Made by a program: the position numbers and the translations under genes
NCBI GenBank assembly: GCA_964016885.1
Contig: OZ024740.1
Coordinates: 283,960,001-284,024,000, forward strand
From: Eledone cirrhosa
Lineage: Eukaryota
Direction of reading: 5' to 3'
Length of the DNA: 64,000 bases
Part shown: positions 38,640-52,963 of the stretch, piece after piece
Numbering within the stretch: position 1 is the first letter of the stretch
Layout: each line of letters opens with the position of its first letter
The notes under the pieces: generated by a model
What the model was told of the DNA's origin: nothing
The model's database searches: none
Seen by the model: only the letters and a program-made list of their open reading frames with translations

Positions 38640-39930
38640 CATCAACATCATTTTTATATCCGTTTTATTTGCCATGCTTTCATGGGTTGGATGGGTCCTT
38701 TGCAGCACTGCATCTCTCCACTTGCTGCATTTTTTCATCATCTCCTCAATGAGTCTCAGCTACTTGAGATAAGCTTTCACCACCACTGCCCAGGTCTTCC
38801 TTGGTCTACCTTTACTGTGGCTTCCTTCAACTAGGATTTCCTGACACTTCTTCACCCAACAATCATCCATGAGCATCACATTTATAACAATACAGTCTTC
38901 TCTTGCACACCACTTTGGATTCCACTTAAACCCAGTTTCACCCTCAGTCCAATGAAGCATGGCTGCTTCATTTCTTTCCAGTCTACACATCCTCTGCAGT
39001 CACTGCCCATGTAGCATTGCACTTCACTCACAGATTTCATACAGCCGTCTTTTTGTACGTAGGGAGAAACCTTTTGTCAACAGTGGCAGTAGCTCTCTAA
39101 ACTTTTGTCAATCTATCATTATTTTAGCTATTTTGCTCTCAGAACACCTTCCTCCAAGCTAATTAAGTCACATAGATAGCAGAAGCAATCAACCACTGCT
39201 ATGAATCCTTCATGTAATTGGAAAAGTTTATATCACTGATGTTCTTCTCGTCAATTACCCCTCCCTGTGCATTTTCTACATACAAAGTCTTCCCTTCCTG
39301 TTATCCCAATATAGCTCTTGTGTATCCAAGATTTACATTGTGTACATTTTATAGAGTTTATACTTACTCCTTTTCTACACCTAGCCCTTTTAATTCTAAA
39401 TTTTGTTTTCATAATTGGCACTTATTCTCTAGTTTTTTTATGGATTCAGGTATAAGGACCAGATTATCTTCATAGAGAAATTCCCATGAACAACCAGTTT
39501 TAAACTATGATGAACAGCAGTGGGCTAAGAACCAAATCTTGATTAATTCCTCCCTGTACCTTGAATTTCCTCACTGGATTCACTTCCTACCCTCACTTTA
39601 CTGACAACTCCTCTGTACATGGCTTGCACTGCTCTCACAAGCCATTCTTCTACACCTAATTTTCTTAAGGACCACCAGATAACAGAACAAGGTACTCTGT
39701 CAAAAGCTAAATATAGCAGCTATTTCTTGGTTGGGAACTTCTCTTGTAGTTGTCTCACTAAGAAGAGGGCACCTGTAGTACTTTTCTCAGGCATAAAACC
39801 AAACTGCATCTTGTCTAATTTGACTCTTTCCCTAATTAGCTGTGCTATAACTCTGTCACTTTCATAATTTAGTCCATTAGTTTTATTCCTCTGTAGTTGC
39901 TCCTTTCAAGAACCTCACCTTCTCCCATAT
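38640..39930 (-). pseudogene. Decayed RTE LINE fragment
   Basis: RLERNEAAMLHW, GRPRKTW, QDLVLSPLLFII and MQFGFMPEKSTTGALF remnants. Confidence 0.8.
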
Positions 39931-39932
39931 AT

Positions 39933-40760
39933 CATCATCATCATCATCTTCGTTTAATGTCCATTCCCACGCTAGCATGGGTTAGACGGGAGTTGTCCCA
40001 CTTGAGGCAAGGTTGGTCAGGTAACCATGTCTCGCTCATATAGGACTATCTGGCAGGTTTTCTACGGCTGGATGCCCTTCCTAACACCAACCACATTTAC
40101 AGTGTGGAACTGGGAATTTTTTACCGTGTTACCTACATGGCCACGTTACAGCGTGGACTGTTTTTTTCTCATGACACCTACACGATCTCGATCTCATTTA
40201 TTTGGACTGGATGTTGTGGTACCAACTTTATAGAGAGAGGGTGGTGTTGGTGGGAGGATAGGGTAGGGGTAGTGGATTGGGGTGTATATTTGGTTAGGAG
40301 GTGCCTACTGACTGTAGCTTTCGCTTTGTACATAGGCAAGGTGGGTCTTCTGTATTACTGCGTGCTGCCAAAGATCTCGGTCCAGTGACATTGTCTTAGA
40401 GAGGTGCAAGTGTGTAAGGTCGGAATTTATCAGATCGTCCCAGGTTTTTCTGGGTCTACCTACTCTGTAACTACCATCAATTTTGATCGCTCTGCACTTT
40501 TTTATACAGCTGTCGTCTTTCATGCGCATCACGTGGCCATACCAACGTAGTCTTCTCTCGAGTAAACAACATCTGATCCCTCTTATTCCTAATTTCTCAC
40601 TTAGTTCATTTATGCTTTGCCGTTCACGTATATTACTATTACACATCCAACGGAGCATGCATGCTTCGTTCCTTTCCAGTCTACGCAGGTCCTCTGCACG
40701 CAATGCCCATGTCTCACTGCCATGTAGCATTGCTGTTCGTATACAAGCATCATACAATCT
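39933..40760 (-). mobile_element. RTE LINE 3' fragment
   Basis: YDACIRTAMLHGSETW...RRLRWYGHVMRM...GRPRKTW in open frame, then 3' UTR and (GAT)n tail. Confidence 0.9.
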
Positions 40761-43700
40761 GCAATATATAATTGTACTGCTACACCAGTTATTGGGTTTG
40801 ATTCCACCCTGTATTAATCGATTAACTATGTAGGTTATATGTGTTTATATATAGGTATGGTGAAGTGATTAAATTCATAACATTCAATAAAATATTTGTT
40901 TTTCACAAAGGGAAAATAATTAAAGATGAAATATCTACATTGTATTACATAGTATTTTACATGCTGAAAAGTAATACGAGAACAATTCAAAAACAACTCT
41001 TTCGTTTAAGTAATATTTCTTCCTCAAATTTATTAAATTCAAGAAAAACAGAATTGACAATATGAAAAGAGTCTGAGCAGTAGTCAAATATGAGAAACAG
41101 TTGAAAATATCAATGAAGAAACAGTTGAACATTTTTGGGGAAAATAAGTTTAAAGTTTTCGTTAAAAGAGAAAAAGAAAATTTTATTAAAAATGAATGAG
41201 AAAATTTGACAGATTTTTTTTTTTTCATTTCATTTATCATTCATTGCCTGAATTTGTAAATGTATATTTTTAAGTTCACAAAAAAAAAAAAAAAAAAAAA
41301 GAAAAAAAAATATGAAAGAGAATCCATATGGAGAAAGGAAGAGCCTATTGTATCATGATTATTGATTTTATAATCATGTTGATATGGATATTTATAAAAA
41401 CTGAAATAATGAGTTATTAGTATGAATAAGTTACATTTTTCTGGACTAACTAGGGGACTGTTACAGGAATACAACCTATAATAATTTATTCTGAAGACAA
41501 GAAATATCATTATAAATATTCTGTTTTACTTATATATCAAAATGTTATTTGAAATCAATTATTCTGCGAAGAACCACACATGAAAAATAAATCATTCTTT
41601 ATTATGTTGCATATTTAAAGAAGGATATACTTCGGTTTGAAACTGAAATATTCTTTGCCTATATTTAGCAGCTTTAACATAATTTTTTAATCAAAAGACT
41701 GGTTTTATTATAGTCATGAATGTGACATAATTAAGGCATCAACACTTGGAAGAAGAGAAAATAACAGGTTCAAACTTTTTTTTTTTTTTTTTTTTCAAAT
41801 TTAATTTTGTCCATAAACCAATATTTGGAGATGTGGATATGGAAGCTAAAGACGATCATAAAACAAACCATTCTATTGAATTAGTGTCAGAGTTCTTGCA
41901 GTTAGAATTTTTTTAGAAGATTCACTGTAATAAAATTTGTTTTTAAAAAAATTGTCCATACTGTCAAAATGAAATAGATAAAGGCATAACAGTTGGTATC
42001 TGTTTTATGCTAATGTTAGTTAAATTCTTTTTTACCTCAATAAATTACATTATTTCATCCTACATCTGTTTAGCACCATCTATTATGAATAGTAAACTTT
42101 ACTGAGCTTAGTTACAATTAGTTACCATTGTGCTCAGCTGATCTTACATATTAATATGGTTTACTTCTCATAGTTATCTATCTGAAGAATCTTTTTTAAT
42201 TTTTTTTTTCATTTCCCCTGATCATATCTAACTTTAGCAGTATACAATCTACCTGTTTGTGCACTGGGGAGGGAGGAGCTTTCGATGTTCAGGGAAAATG
42301 TTTATTCAAAAACATTACTTATTCTTAAATTCCTGTGCAATATCATAATTAGATCAATAACTGATATGACCAACACTAATTATCAGGAAAATATTACAAC
42401 TTACTACAATACCATACATACATCAATACGCAATTAGTAGTTAGAAACAATGTTTCTTGAAATTACATTTAAAAAATGTTTGCATATGGTTTTATATTGC
42501 AATTAGCTTTTTTATTATTCAATGAATATAAACATTGGCCATCTTCACAGTTAAGTAAAATACATAGTAATAGTCAAAGACCATAATCTGGTTTTTAAAA
42601 AAGGCCATGCAGTTTAGTAGTGTTACTGAAAAAACATTGAAATTTTACAATATATATATATATATATTTAAAAAAAGAATTTGAAAATGGTTTAAGTTTA
42701 AATTTGAAATTTTTAATATTTAGCTGATTTCCAACATTGAAGAAAAAATAATCAGCTTTAAAACTTAGCAAGTTTGTAGTAGTGTTGAAAGTTTGGATGC
42801 TGATAGCAAATGCCTTTTATATAGGGCCAAAATAAGTAGGAAGGGATTTAACAAGCAGAAAGAACTAACTAACAAACATGCTGTCTTGCATGAAATATAA
42901 AATATCACATGTATAGATATAATATCATTTTATATTAATTGCATATTTCCCCTGAAACAAGATGTTTGTTAGTTATTTGTCCCCTATGTAACTACATTCA
43001 ACATAACTACACCATCTTTATCTTTGCATATAACTTATAATATAACCGGTGACTTAGGAAGTCGGTTTTGTGTCTCAAAATTGTCATGCCAAAATTACAA
43101 TGTAAGACAAAGTGGAAACTAAATACCTTTGCATAGAGATGGGAATATTAATTTTTTATATATAGAGCCACTTTGGATTGGTTGTTTCCCCTGATTATCT
43201 GGATTTTTGACAATAAAAAATGTAGAGGCTAAGCTAAAGGTGGAACAGCTTAAAATACAAAGAATTTCAAAATTTACAAATATATTTTGTTAATGCTTAT
43301 AAAATCTAGCTTTCCATAAAACCAATAGTCTGAAGATTAAAACAAAATTTAATAAACTCCCAAAATACCACAGAAGCAACAACATTGACATGATTTATGA
43401 ATTAAAATAAATAAAAATCTAATTACGAAACTACAATGAGGTCACAAGTTCATACCTGGCAAAGCCAAAGAACGCCGATGACAAATTATTTCATTGCTAA
43501 TTATATACTTGCGTCAATTCGATTGCATTCCTTTTTTATTCAGAATGCGTCTTCTATCTAGCTAATGAAATTAGCTATTAAAAGTATTATTAAGGTGACT
43601 AGAGATTAAAAAACTCTCCTTTCTTTAATTGAAGCCATGTACACTATGAAATGAAATTAATGTTACAGATTGTAATTAGGGATTCTGTACATATTGGAGT

Positions 43701-43832
43701 AAAAGGAAATGAAAGCAAGAAAAAATACTTCTATTTCCATGATTTAATGTGGAAGGATCAGTAAACATTTTCAAGGAAATGTACACTGGTTTGTTACTTT
43801 TTTCCAGTCCAGTAACAAAACAAACTTATAAA

Positions 43833-44146
43833 TTAGAAATAGCTTTCACCGTATTTTTTGACTAAAGAAATTTTAGCCTGATAGTGGGGTTTAGAACCCT
43901 CTAAGAAATGGAAAAAGATGAGTATTGACAAAACATACTTGTCATCATACTTGCTAAGAATGTAGCTTCTAATTTGAATGGAAAGAGGTGGTGATGTATT
44001 GGTGTAATGGTCTGGATAACCAAAGATGTGGATTCATCTCCCATATATGTCAGTACTCATCTTTTTCCATTTCTTAGAGAGTTCTAAACCTCACTATAGG
44101 CTAAAATTTCTTTAGTCAAAAAATACGGCTAAAGCTTCTATTTCTA
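43833..44146. mobile_element. MITE-like element with ~98-bp inverted arms
   Basis: TAGAAATAGCTTT..CCGTATTTTTTGACTAAAGAAATTTTAGCCT...GGAAAAAGATGAGTA.TGACA (43833-43930) is mirrored at 44048-44146. Confidence 0.8.
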
Positions 44147-44790
44147 TTTTCAAACTCGCTCGCTGTTTCAAAACATACTTACAAACTTATAAACTTCAAG
44201 CTAATTAATTAAACACTGGTTTAATAATACAACACTTCCAAAGCTTAACGTTATAATTTGTACCTGTATCATGGTACCTATTTCACAGCTAGGTTGACTG
44301 GGCTACTGAGAATTTGGTGTCTCAGTGAACAACAACAAACAATGCTAGTGGCTAGACATGAAACCATTGACCTGACTGGTAGTCCAACAACATACTGTCA
44401 CAACCTTCTGTGGCTCTCAATGATTTACATATCTGCATTTCTGAAATCGATTATTCTTAAAGTCCTAAGAACATTGATATGGATATTGACAAGCCCAATA
44501 TTGTGTTTGCCATTTAAACATTGAAATAAAAATATAATTAAATAAATAAAAAGGTGAATAATCACTTTTTTTTTTCAAAATTAAACATAAAACGGTATTT
44601 ATAATTCATTTCAAGGCAGCATTTCTCTATTTACACATAGATTTGTCTTTGAGATGTTTTCAAACACTTTATTAGAGTGAATTATAGATGAGATGATGAT
44701 GTTATAGATATTATTGTTCATGAAATAAAAGGGAATATGGAAATAAAGCACTTTTTTAAAGGTTTAATATAATTCTTCACACATCCTTAA

Positions 44791-44889
44791 CCTTCTGGAG
44801 GCTGAATTTTTTTTATAAATTGCTTCCCTTGATGTATTAAGATGAGATTACTCTATCGGCACATTCAGTCGCCTGCAGCACCAAGAGGG
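44791..44889. mobile_element. Short piggyBac-like remnant
   Basis: TTAA-CCTTCTGG...CCAAGAGGG-TTAA. Confidence 0.4.
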
Positions 44890-45842
44890 TTAAAAATAAA
44901 TGAAAAGATGTTTTAAGGTTAAACATATTACAGCAGCACCTCATGATCAAATTATTGAAAATGTATTACCTGTGCAGTGAATGTTTTCAAAAATGAAACA
45001 AATAAGCCATATAGTCACTAGTATGATCTATTTAAGAGTTTATGACTTCCATTGTAGACAATTGTTAAGTATGTATAAGGAATGATATTCAGACTTATTC
45101 TATTAAGGAAACTATTTGTGCAAAGTTAGGTTTATTTAAATTTTCTGTTGAAATGTGAAAATTGTGTGTGGATAAAGATGATCATCATCATAGAGAGAAA
45201 GGAAGGGAGGGATAAATTAGCTACTATTACTTTCCATCTCTTTAATTAATAAAAGCATCTGATAAATCACAGATAAGCTATACAAAATAAACTGAGTAGA
45301 ATGCTAACTGATCAACAAAAAAATATGTCTGATAGTAACTGGTGTAACTATAGTTTATGCTTTCAGTTGTAGGACAGGTTGTAGGAAGTTGCTAGTCTTT
45401 GTATGAATATTTTATTTGAGATCCAAAATCCCTCCCTTTTTAATTCTTGATCTCCATCCTAACTCAAATAATATGAGAAGAGTATGGAAACATTAAGGTT
45501 AGTACAATTGATATTTCTTTTAAAACACCGAATGTTAATATTTAAGGGAAATTATAAAGAGAGTAAGAATCAATTTGAGAGAAGAAAGGCTGTCCCTTTT
45601 GCATTAGAGCCAGTTTTACACTTATTTGTAAATAGTCGTTAAGACTATCATCTTATCCTTTGTCCATTTGTTACTGTTCCTTGTACACTAGAGCCAGTTG
45701 TATCGATCTTAAAGCACTGAAACAACATATCTCTAGTGTTCAATTGATAAGATGGGACTGTTTGTATTTGTTCATTTTCATGTCTTCACCCATATTTTTT
45801 ATTTATTCATGTTTTTAGCTACAAGGGATTCTTTTTTTCAAA

Positions 45843-45912
<70 letters not shown>

Positions 45913-45917
45913 TATAT

Positions 45918-46085
45918 AACCAAGACTGAAATTGAACCATCAACACAGTTGAGGTATGTCATACATCAATTTATATATTTTATCTGATGAGGATGTACTG
46001 AAAAAACACCACAGTACCTCTGAAATATATATAATAAAACATATATTTTGAGTACGTGAATGTCTCCATTTATTAATATTTTGAA

Positions 46086-46092
<7 letters not shown>
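45918..46092 (+). mobile_element. ~175-bp hammerhead-bearing element inserted in (TA)n
   Basis: Long (TA)n on both sides; ttttat-CTGATGA-GG..GTACTG-loop-CAGTAC-CTCT-GAAA-TATATA-TA-ataaaa at 45978-46039. Confidence 0.75.
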
Positions 46093-46147
<55 letters not shown>

Positions 46148-47495
46148 TAGCTTAGAGAAGAGTTGAACATAAGTAGCATAAATTTGAGTGTAGCAAGCAG
46201 AGAGAGAAATAAATAAAAGTTTTAATTGTAAATTTAGAGCTGGCAAAGCTAAGGGCCATTAATTTGCATAGCAATGCAATAGAAGGTGTGTCCTGTTCAT
46301 GTGAAATACTTCTACATGTACTGGTAGTAGCTCACTACATCTATTTCATTTTCCAACATATTTTATATGCTAATGTCATTTCTCACTAAATTAGATGGTT
46401 TAAATTTTTTTTTTTTCAATTCACATGAATGTACCTTGTTTATCTTTCTACAACAATTCTTTACCTAATTTTCAACTCTTTTTATGGTATTATAGTCAGG
46501 TAAATACTTTTAGATATTTAGGAAAAGTTTAATATATTTTAAAAATATATTAAGCTTTACAACTATGAATTTTTGATTTTTACCTCCTTTAACATATAGC
46601 TTAATGACATTTATTTACAGTGCATAATCATATGGTGCTTTAAAAGCAAATCTGCAGTTAATTCATTCATAGCATTCATCTTTTTTATTTTATTTTATTT
46701 TAGCTAAACCTTTTGAAAAAGACAGCTTTGATGTATATAAGATGCATTAAATGAAAAATGACCAATGACAAATATAATAAAAGAGAAAAATGTAATTAAA
46801 TCAAATCCGAATATGCTGCTTTGTTGTTATTCATAGTGACATGATGATGAGAAATGTAAGGAAGACATTTCAATTAATAAATTAAACAGAACGCCAATTT
46901 AATTTCTTGAAATATGTGGGTTAAGCCTTTGATATTTCATATTAGGTTAAACTAAATATTTCCCAAACTAGAAATCACTATAATACTTAAGATGAGAGTT
47001 TGAGTTAATGTGACAAATTGAGCAAGAAAAATATAAAATAAATAAAATACAAGCAATACAAGTGAGTAGTAAGATATCAAACATTAGAATAATTATCCTG
47101 GCAACTGTTTGAAAACTTTCTTACATGAAATTTTACACTAAAATTGATGGTTTGTATATAAAGAAAAAATATGTTGAATTATTTTTCTACTTTAACAAAA
47201 TATTTCACAGAATCAGCTTGATAAAATTTATTGCTATAATAATATATAACTTTAAAGTATTTCCTTTAATAAATAGAAGAAATACAATGATGACATGAAA
47301 AAAAAAAAATGATGCTTTTTTGTGTAACTAGCCATTTCACAAACAATATCGAAAAGATTAGGGTCCCAAAAAGATGAAATTTCTCAAATTGTATTTTGAG
47401 AAAAACTGATTCACATGCTGATTATCTGAGCTGCCAAAAAATGTGACTTGCAAAAAAAAAAAAATTATTCAGAATTTATTCATTTGTTTCTTTTC

Positions 47496-47499
<4 letters not shown>

Positions 47500-47537
<38 letters not shown>

Positions 47538-47808
47538 TTAATAACTAAGGTGGAGATGAAGTCAAGTTAAGTTTTGACTAAACAATTAAGAAAAAGTATT
47601 ACATGCACATATTCATATATATATATATATACATATACATACATATATATACACATATATATATATATATATATGCATACACATACATATATATCTACAT
47701 ATATATATATGCATACACATACATATATATCTACATATATATACATATATATATACATATATATATACATGTATATATATGTATACATTCATACATATAT
47801 ATATATAT
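47500..47808. repeat. (TA)n/(TACA)n low-complexity tract
   Basis: Direct inspection. Confidence 0.95.
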
Positions 47809-48409
47809 TTGAAATTAAAAGTTTAAAATGAAACATCAATCAATAAATATTTTAATAAGCTAAAATTTATAAACAGAAAAAAACAAATGAAAAACAAACA
47901 AAAAGTTTGTTTTGACAATTACAAAACTAAAACAGAAAAAGAATTAAACTAACATTTTTTTTCCCACAGAATGATATAGAGTAAATTGATAATGAAAGAA
48001 TGAGTTCAAAATGGTTTAAAATTGTAATATGTGGGATGAAAAAGAAAAAAAAAAAAAAAAAAAAAAAAAATCAAATATGTTTATTAAATATTTCAGGATG
48101 AAACAAATGAATGAAGCGAATTAAAAATTAGACCAAATATATTGTGTCCAATCAAATATGTTGTTTCGAATGATTGAAATACTGTCACATAAACTTTAGA
48201 TGGTATTCCCAGCTTGTGTGTAATGTGTGTGCGCATGTGTTTGTATTGAAAGCGAGAGAGAGAGAGAAGAAAAAAAAAAATGAGAAAAGAGAGAGATGTA
48301 AAAAGAAATTTTATCACAACGCTTTTTTCTTTGCTGTTATTGGATTTATAGTATTTTCTGGTCTGTATTCTCGATTTTGAAGCTGAAAAGAAAAAAACAA
48401 AGATGATAA

Positions 48410-48625
48410 TAGTTTCTTATATAGGCACAAGGCCAGAAATATGGGGGAAGGGAAAGTCGATTAAATCGAGCCCAGTGCGTGACTGGTACTTTATTTTATC
48501 GACCCCACAAGGATGAAAGGCAAAGTTAACCTCAGCGGGATTTGAACTCAGATCATAAAGGGTCGTAATTCTATGCTGCAAAGCATGGCGTCCAACCCTC
48601 TACTGATATTGCCAATCCACCATCC
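48410..48625 (-). mobile_element. Meta-like SINE copy
   Basis: Same blocks as 26710-26890. Confidence 0.75.
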
Positions 48626-48744
48626 TGATCCTAATCCTCATCATTTCATCATTTTACGTCCACTTTTCCCTGCTTGCAAGGGTGGGACGGGAACTGATTC
48701 TGACTTGATTTCTACAGCTGGATGCCCTTCCTAACACCAACCAT

Positions 48745-49215
48745 AATAATAATAATGAAATTATTGTGTACAGTGTTCAGGTGCACTACAACTCATCAAA
48801 GGTGCATGTATAGTACATAGAATAATGTACAGGAAAGTGAACAGTGTATGAGTCTAGATATACATGTGTGTGTGTGTATGGAGGGGGGAGATATCATGTG
48901 TAGTGTCGGTGAATTTCAGGAAGCATGGAGGTTTTAAATAATGCAGTTTCTTGACAGCTAACAACTGATGCAGGTAGTTTCTTCCATGCTTCAGTAACTC
49001 TGAACGTGAAAAAATGTTTCCAAAAGTCATTGGAGCTGTACTGTTTTCTGACTTTGTAAGCATGACCACAGGTGTTAGACACATGGAAATCAAAAAGGTA
49101 CTCAGGGTTGTTGTTGGCGAGATGGTTAATAATTTTGTGGGTGTTTACCAAGTCAGTTGCCAGACATCGGAGCTTCAATGTATTCATGCCCAGGGAAGCA
49201 AGCCGTTCATGAAAG
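48745..49215 (-). mobile_element. CR1-clade LINE 3' fragment (short 3' copy at ~62243-62327)
   Basis: LKLRCLATDLVNTHKII...TCGHAYKVRKQ...KHFFTFRVTEAWKKLPASVV is typical of the CR1 ORF2 end; (ATT)n tail. Confidence 0.8.
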
Positions 49216-50005
49216 TATAGCAGCTAAGCTGATCCAACCATGATATATATTTTCTTCAGCTATTTTATTGCTGGGTTTTAAAGAAATACACTGCCTATGT
49301 GTTTCAATTAATTTTGAAAATAACCAAAAAATTGGAAGAATTCAATAAATTAAGTTTTTCATTAGTAAGCTAATATTTAGAATATTACTGAACAAACATT
49401 TCTAAAACAAAATTATGGTAGAAGGTTTTAATACAAGTAGTTTTGTATCATAAATCCAGGGGTTTGTATCAAAAGGGTTAATTTATAATATTGAAGATAG
49501 TATACATAAACATGGAATTTAAAATATGAAATTTTTCTTAACAAAAGAGCTGACATCAGAATATGTGATATAGAAAAGAAATAGAAACAAGCCCTCCTCC
49601 CCACTCACACACACACACACCAGTTATAAGTGACTCCTAGTGGACCTCTATATAAAATATCTTTACAGTCTTAAGGGAAGTATAAACCTATGTACTTATC
49701 TACTGCTTTCATGAGGCTGATAGCAGAACACAACCCTGCAAGCTGATTAAGCACTTGTGGATTATACTGTGCTCCTACTGCTTACAGTAATTAACAGTTT
49801 CTACCTTTAAGAGAATCATTCAGAGCTATATATACTGCATTAATGACAGTTAAATATTTCATGGACAATGCACAATACTAGTGATGGAGTACCAGTCATT
49901 GTATCCTTAAACTGCAGTCGTAGTGTACGATACACACTACTCCAGGAAGCATCTTGAGTTTCAACACTGCTAACTGGTCATAAACACCATCAGTTCTATT
50001 GTAAT

Positions 50006-50205
50006 NNNNNNNNNNNNNNNNNNNNNNNNNNNNNNNNNNNNNNNNNNNNNNNNNNNNNNNNNNNNNNNNNNNNNNNNNNNNNNNNNNNNNNNNNNNNNNN
50101 NNNNNNNNNNNNNNNNNNNNNNNNNNNNNNNNNNNNNNNNNNNNNNNNNNNNNNNNNNNNNNNNNNNNNNNNNNNNNNNNNNNNNNNNNNNNNNNNNNNN
50201 NNNNN
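50006..50205. other. Assembly gap (200 N)
   Basis: Run of n. Confidence 1.
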
Positions 50206-50360
50206 ATATATTACATATGTAGCATGCCAATTCTAACACATATATGTCCTAGAAACGATCGTTAAATAATGAACTTTTTTTGTTTAATATAAAGAACTGT
50301 TTCATTGTTTTATTCATTATTTTTTTAATGTTTTATATATATATACATATATATATATAC

Positions 50361-50415
<55 letters not shown>

Positions 50416-50552
50416 TACATATATATATACATATATATATATACATATATATATACATATATATATATACATATATATATACATATATATATATATACAT
50501 ATATATACATATATACATATATATATACATATATATATACATATACATATAC

Positions 50553-50615
<63 letters not shown>

Positions 50616-50637
50616 TATATACATATACATATATATA

Positions 50638-51222
50638 TGGTGGCTGCCAACTCGTTTTCGAGTACGGCCACTACTTTATATCCATGTAGGAGAACCCCTA
50701 CCGATGCGCAGCCAGCGACTTGAAAACTCTGGTACAAACACTACACTTGTGACAATTATTGACACATAGTGCTTTGCCTTTGGTACCATGTGACGACAAG
50801 TGCAGAGAGATCTCCAGATACAAAGCAATGCCTGTGCCGTGAAGCTTTTATAGTGAGCAAAGGCACTGCACAAAGCCAGTCCCACTCTCTTAACCAAGAT
50901 GATATTTACCAAAAAGAAGAACAAGTCAACATCATTGGATACCATCAGGGTTGCAGGTGTTATATCAGAGTTTTCCTTCTCCTAGAATTCTGCCTTGACA
51001 AAGGCTAAGGGGTCATCTCTCCCACTGATTTTGGATGGCCATTGACTCTTAAGAGCTCCTTTGCCCTTTGACAGGTTTTGTTTTTAGTCCTGCAGGATGT
51101 CCAAAGTCACCCTTCTCACCAAGAAACCTTGGTGGGGTTGCCAGTTTAGTCGCCAACGACCCGACCATGAGACAGGTTGTACTGGGATACATGTTACCAG
51201 TAGCACCATGTGGTGACCTGAC
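50638..51222 (-). mobile_element. Probable RTE-type 5' UTR fragment
   Basis: Minus strand TTAGCCTTTGTCAAGGCAGAATTCTAGGAGAAGGAAAACTCTGA resembles a block I recall from RTE 5' UTRs; flanked by TA tracts. Confidence 0.45.
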
Positions 51223-51256
51223 ATACACATATATATATACATACACATACACATAC

Positions 51257-51287
<31 letters not shown>

Positions 51288-52029
51288 CATATATACATAC
51301 ACATACACACACACATATATATATATATATATACATACATATATACATATATATATACACACATATATACACATACATACACATATATATACACACATAT
51401 ATATATATATATATATATACATATACACATACATATATATATACACATATACATACACATATACATATATACATATACATATATATACACATACACACAC
51501 ATATACATATATATATACATACACATACACATATACACATACATATATACACATATACATACACACATATATATATATATATACATACATATACACACAT
51601 ATATACACATATATACATACATATATACACACATATATATACACATATATATATATACACAACATAAGATCAAAAGATGGCCAAAGGAGCTCCATGCACC
51701 CCACCATGCGCACCCCAAAAACAAACATCATCATGCAACAACACCCGTGTCTCCATCAGACAAAACAGGAGAACATGATAGCCTTCATATCATGCCCTCC
51801 CGTCCCACCCGACGAAAACACAAACACCACTGCATGACGATGCCCGTCCCCGAAATGCGCACAACAAAACACATGGAACTCCCCCAACCATCCCCCGATC
51901 CCATACTATGTATACTCCAGTCCTACAAACTGTAGAGTGCTTCTTATCCGATATTTGCATTGCTTTATTGTACTACAATAAAACTCACCTCCTACATATA
52001 TATACATATACACACACATACACGAAAAG

Positions 52030-52924
52030 CAGGCCGCACGATGCCCGCACACGAACAGCAATGCCGCATGGCAGCGAGACCTGGGCATTGTGTGCAGAGG
52101 ATATACGCAGACTAGAGAGGAACGAAGCTTGCATGCTCCGCTGGATGTGAAATAGTAATATACGTGAACGGCAAAGCATAAACGAACTAAGGGAAAAATT
52201 AGAAATAAGAGGGATCAGATGTTGTTTACTCGAGAGAAGGCTACGTTGGTATGGTCACGTGATGCGCATGAAAAACGACAGCTGTAGGCAGACCCAGAAA
52301 AAACCTGGGACGACCTGATAAATTCCGACCTCACACACTTACACCTCACCAAGACAATGTCACTGGACCGAGACCTTTGGCGGTACTCAGTAATAGAGAA
52401 GACCCGCCTTACCTAAATACAAAGTAAAACCTACTACAGTCAGTAGGCATCTCTAACAAAATACACCCCCTCCCCCCACCTCCACCCCATCCACACCACC
52501 CCTTTCAATGTAAAGTTATGTTGGTGCCACAACATCCATGCCGAAACAAATGAGATCGTGTAGGTGTCACGACAAAAAAACACACAGTTCCCGCTGTAAT
52601 GTGGCCGTGTAGGCAACACGGTAAAAACCTCCCAGCCCCACACTGTAAATGTGGTTGGTGTCAGGAAGGGCATCCAGCCGCAGAAAACCCACCAGACAGT
52701 CCACGCTGAAATGTGGCCGTGTAGGCAACACGGTTAAAACCTCCCAGCCCCACACTGTAAATGTGGTTGGTGCCAGGAAGGGCATCCAGCTGCAGAAAAC
52801 CCGCCAGACAGTCCCATGCGAGCAAGACAACCACTCCTGCCCCAAATGGGAAAACCCCCGTCCAAACCCACGCAAGCGTGGAACACGGACGCCAAACGCC
52901 GATGATGATGATGATGATGATGAT
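52030..52924 (+). mobile_element. RTE LINE 3' fragment
   Basis: RTAMPHGSETWALCAEDIRRLERNEACMLRWM; close homolog of 39933-40760 in the opposite orientation; internal ~112-bp duplication; (GAT)n tail. Confidence 0.9.
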
Positions 52925-52963
52925 ACATATATATATATATATATATATACACATACACACATA

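Noticed and set aside
40800-50005. A second host gene downstream of ARRDC
   Set aside because: No ORF with recognisable protein features or a consistent exon chain; small exons of a long-intron gene cannot be excluded.
51090-51222. HDV-like ribozyme at the putative RTE 5' end (minus strand)
   Set aside because: Partial pairings exist (GGTCACCA/TGGCGACT; CCAGT/ACTGG after CTAA), but I could not build a consistent P1-P1.1-P2-P3-P4 fold by eye.
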